Assembly: GCA_963817575.1 (NCBI GenBank)
Contig: CAWFOY010000003.1
Span: 1,680-65,679 of the forward strand
Origin: an uncultured Gemmatimonadales bacterium
GTDB taxonomy: Bacteria; Gemmatimonadota; Gemmatimonadetes; Gemmatimonadales; GWC2-71-9
Reading direction: 5' to 3'
Length of the DNA stretch: 64,000 bases
Every line of letters begins with the position of its first letter. Position 1 is the first letter of the stretch. The notes beneath the pieces are model-generated. The model searched no databases. It saw only the letters and a list, made by a program, of their open reading frames with translations, and was not told the DNA's origin. Below, piece by piece: positions 63,134 through 64,000 of the stretch. A program made the position numbers and the translations under genes.

Positions 63134-63727
63134 ATGCGTAAGCTGGTCTTCGTCCTCGGCGGGGCCCTGATCCTCGTCCTGGCCGCTGTGGCGCTCTCGC
63201 GAGATGCTCAGGCGAGCCGGCAGGCGGCTCCGGCGGCGAACGACTCCCTCCTTGCCCCGGTGCTGTCCGCGTCCGATACGGGCCGTTTGAAGGGTCCGAT
63301 CCAACCAATCTTCTTCCGCCACGACATCCACGCGGGCCAGTTCAAGATCAATTGCCAGTACTGCCACTACTCGGTCTCGGTCTCCTCGGAACCCGGGATC
63401 CCGAGCATGGCGACATGCATGAACTGCCACCTCGTCATCGGCGGCACCGACTCGACCGCCCAGCGCGAGATCAAGAAGGTGCGCGACGCCTCCAACAACA
63501 AGCAGCCGGTCGAGTGGGTGCGCGTCCATTACCTGGCCCGTCACGCGCACTTCCCTCACATGCGGCATGTGAAGGTCATGGGGCCGAATGCCTGCGGCAC
63601 CTGCCACGGCGACGTCGCCCGCATGCCCCAGGTGTTCCAGGTGAACAACGTGAGAAACATGGGGTTCTGCATCAACTGCCACCTGGAGCGGGGCGTGTCG
63701 CGCGACTGCTCCGTGTGTCATTACTAG
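63134..63727 (+). CDS. actA: Alternative Complex III pentahaem cytochrome c subunit ActA
   Basis: 197 aa with an N-terminal TM anchor and five CxxCH motifs (CQYCH, CMNCH, CGTCH, CINCH, CSVCH). It is followed directly by an ActB-like gene. Confidence 0.8.
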   Translation: MRKLVFVLGGALILVLAAVALSRDAQASRQAAPAANDSLLAPVLSASDTGRLKGPIQPIFFRHDIHAGQFKINCQYCHYSVSVSSEPGIPSMATCMNCHLVIGGTDSTAQREIKKVRDASNNKQPVEWVRVHYLARHAHFPHMRHVKVMGPNACGTCHGDVARMPQVFQVNNVRNMGFCINCHLERGVSRDCSVCHY

Positions 63728-63746
63728 CCCAGCCTTCGAGGCCCTG

Positions 63747-64000
63747 ATGGACGACATCGAAACCCAAGGCATGGACCGCCGGCGCTTCCTGACCGTCCTC
63801 GGCGTGACCGGGGCGGGGACGGCGGCGCTGTCGGGCTGCTCCACTGGCCGGGTTGAGAAACTGATCCCGTACCTGGTGCAGTCTGAAGACCAGGTGCCGG
63901 GCATCGCCACGATCTACGCGAGCACCTGCACCGAATGCGCCGCGGGCTGCGGCCTCCACGTTCGGACCCGCGAAGGGCGGGCGGTCAAGCTCGAAGGCAA
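63747..64000 (+). CDS. actB: Alternative Complex III molybdopterin-oxidoreductase-like Fe-S subunit ActB (5' part only, runs off the window)
   Basis: Absent from the track because it has no stop in the window. Hand translation from ATG 63747 gives MDDIETQGMDRRRFLTVLGVTGAGTAALSGC..IYASTCTECAAGCGLHVRTREGRAVKLEG. This shows a twin-arginine signal and an N-terminal Cys cluster. Confidence 0.75.
   Translation, partial: MDDIETQGMDRRRFLTVLGVTGAGTAALSGCSTGRVEKLIPYLVQSEDQVPGIATIYASTCTECAAGCGLHVRTREGRAVKLEG

Overview
This is a GC-rich (about two-thirds G+C by eye), densely coding bacterial chromosomal segment. It contains about 60 protein genes. I found no rRNA, tRNA, CRISPR array, integrase or transposase. 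The gene content resembles Gemmatimonadota-type genomes, but that is only an impression and was not tested.

The content is mostly housekeeping and metabolism:
- Polyamine synthesis: aguB and speA.
- TCA cycle: acnA and gltA.
- Proton-translocating transhydrogenase (pnt).
- Queuosine precursor genes: queC, queE and queF.
- Translation and stress genes: ettA, infA and a cold-shock protein gene.
- dinB, a ferritin and several peptidases (M1, M3, M28, M50, S8).
- Two ABC transporters, a PilT-type ATPase and the start of an Alternative Complex III operon (actA, actB).

Many long ORFs in the supplied track are antisense shadows typical of high-GC DNA. Several real genes start well inside the listed ORFs. 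Two real genes are absent from the track because they run off the window ends (1..820 on the minus strand, and 63747..64000 on the plus strand).

The observations most worth a second look are:
1. A peroxiredoxin split by an in-frame TGA exactly at the catalytic Cys position, with a SECIS-like hairpin downstream. It is probably a selenoprotein.
2. Two conserved genes (dinB and a YfcH/SRPBCC fusion) whose conserved N-termini lie upstream of any ATG/GTG/TTG. Each has a CTG embedded in a CTGA stop-start overlap.
3. speA has an apparent 1-nt deletion in a G6 run and no canonical start for its conserved N-terminus.
4. A cytoplasmic tandem pseudokinase-kinase sits in a tight operon with a CGNR zinc-finger protein and a GGDEF cyclase.
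5. The membrane and NADP(H)-binding (dII/dIII) genes of the transhydrogenase are tandemly duplicated behind a single dI gene.
6. Two tandem 4-TM paralogues start with M-x-HHHH-SSP.
7. A family of intergenic palindromes is built from tandem octamers (GATGGGCA, GACGGCAC and others).

All homology statements come from my own reading of the translations. No database search was run.
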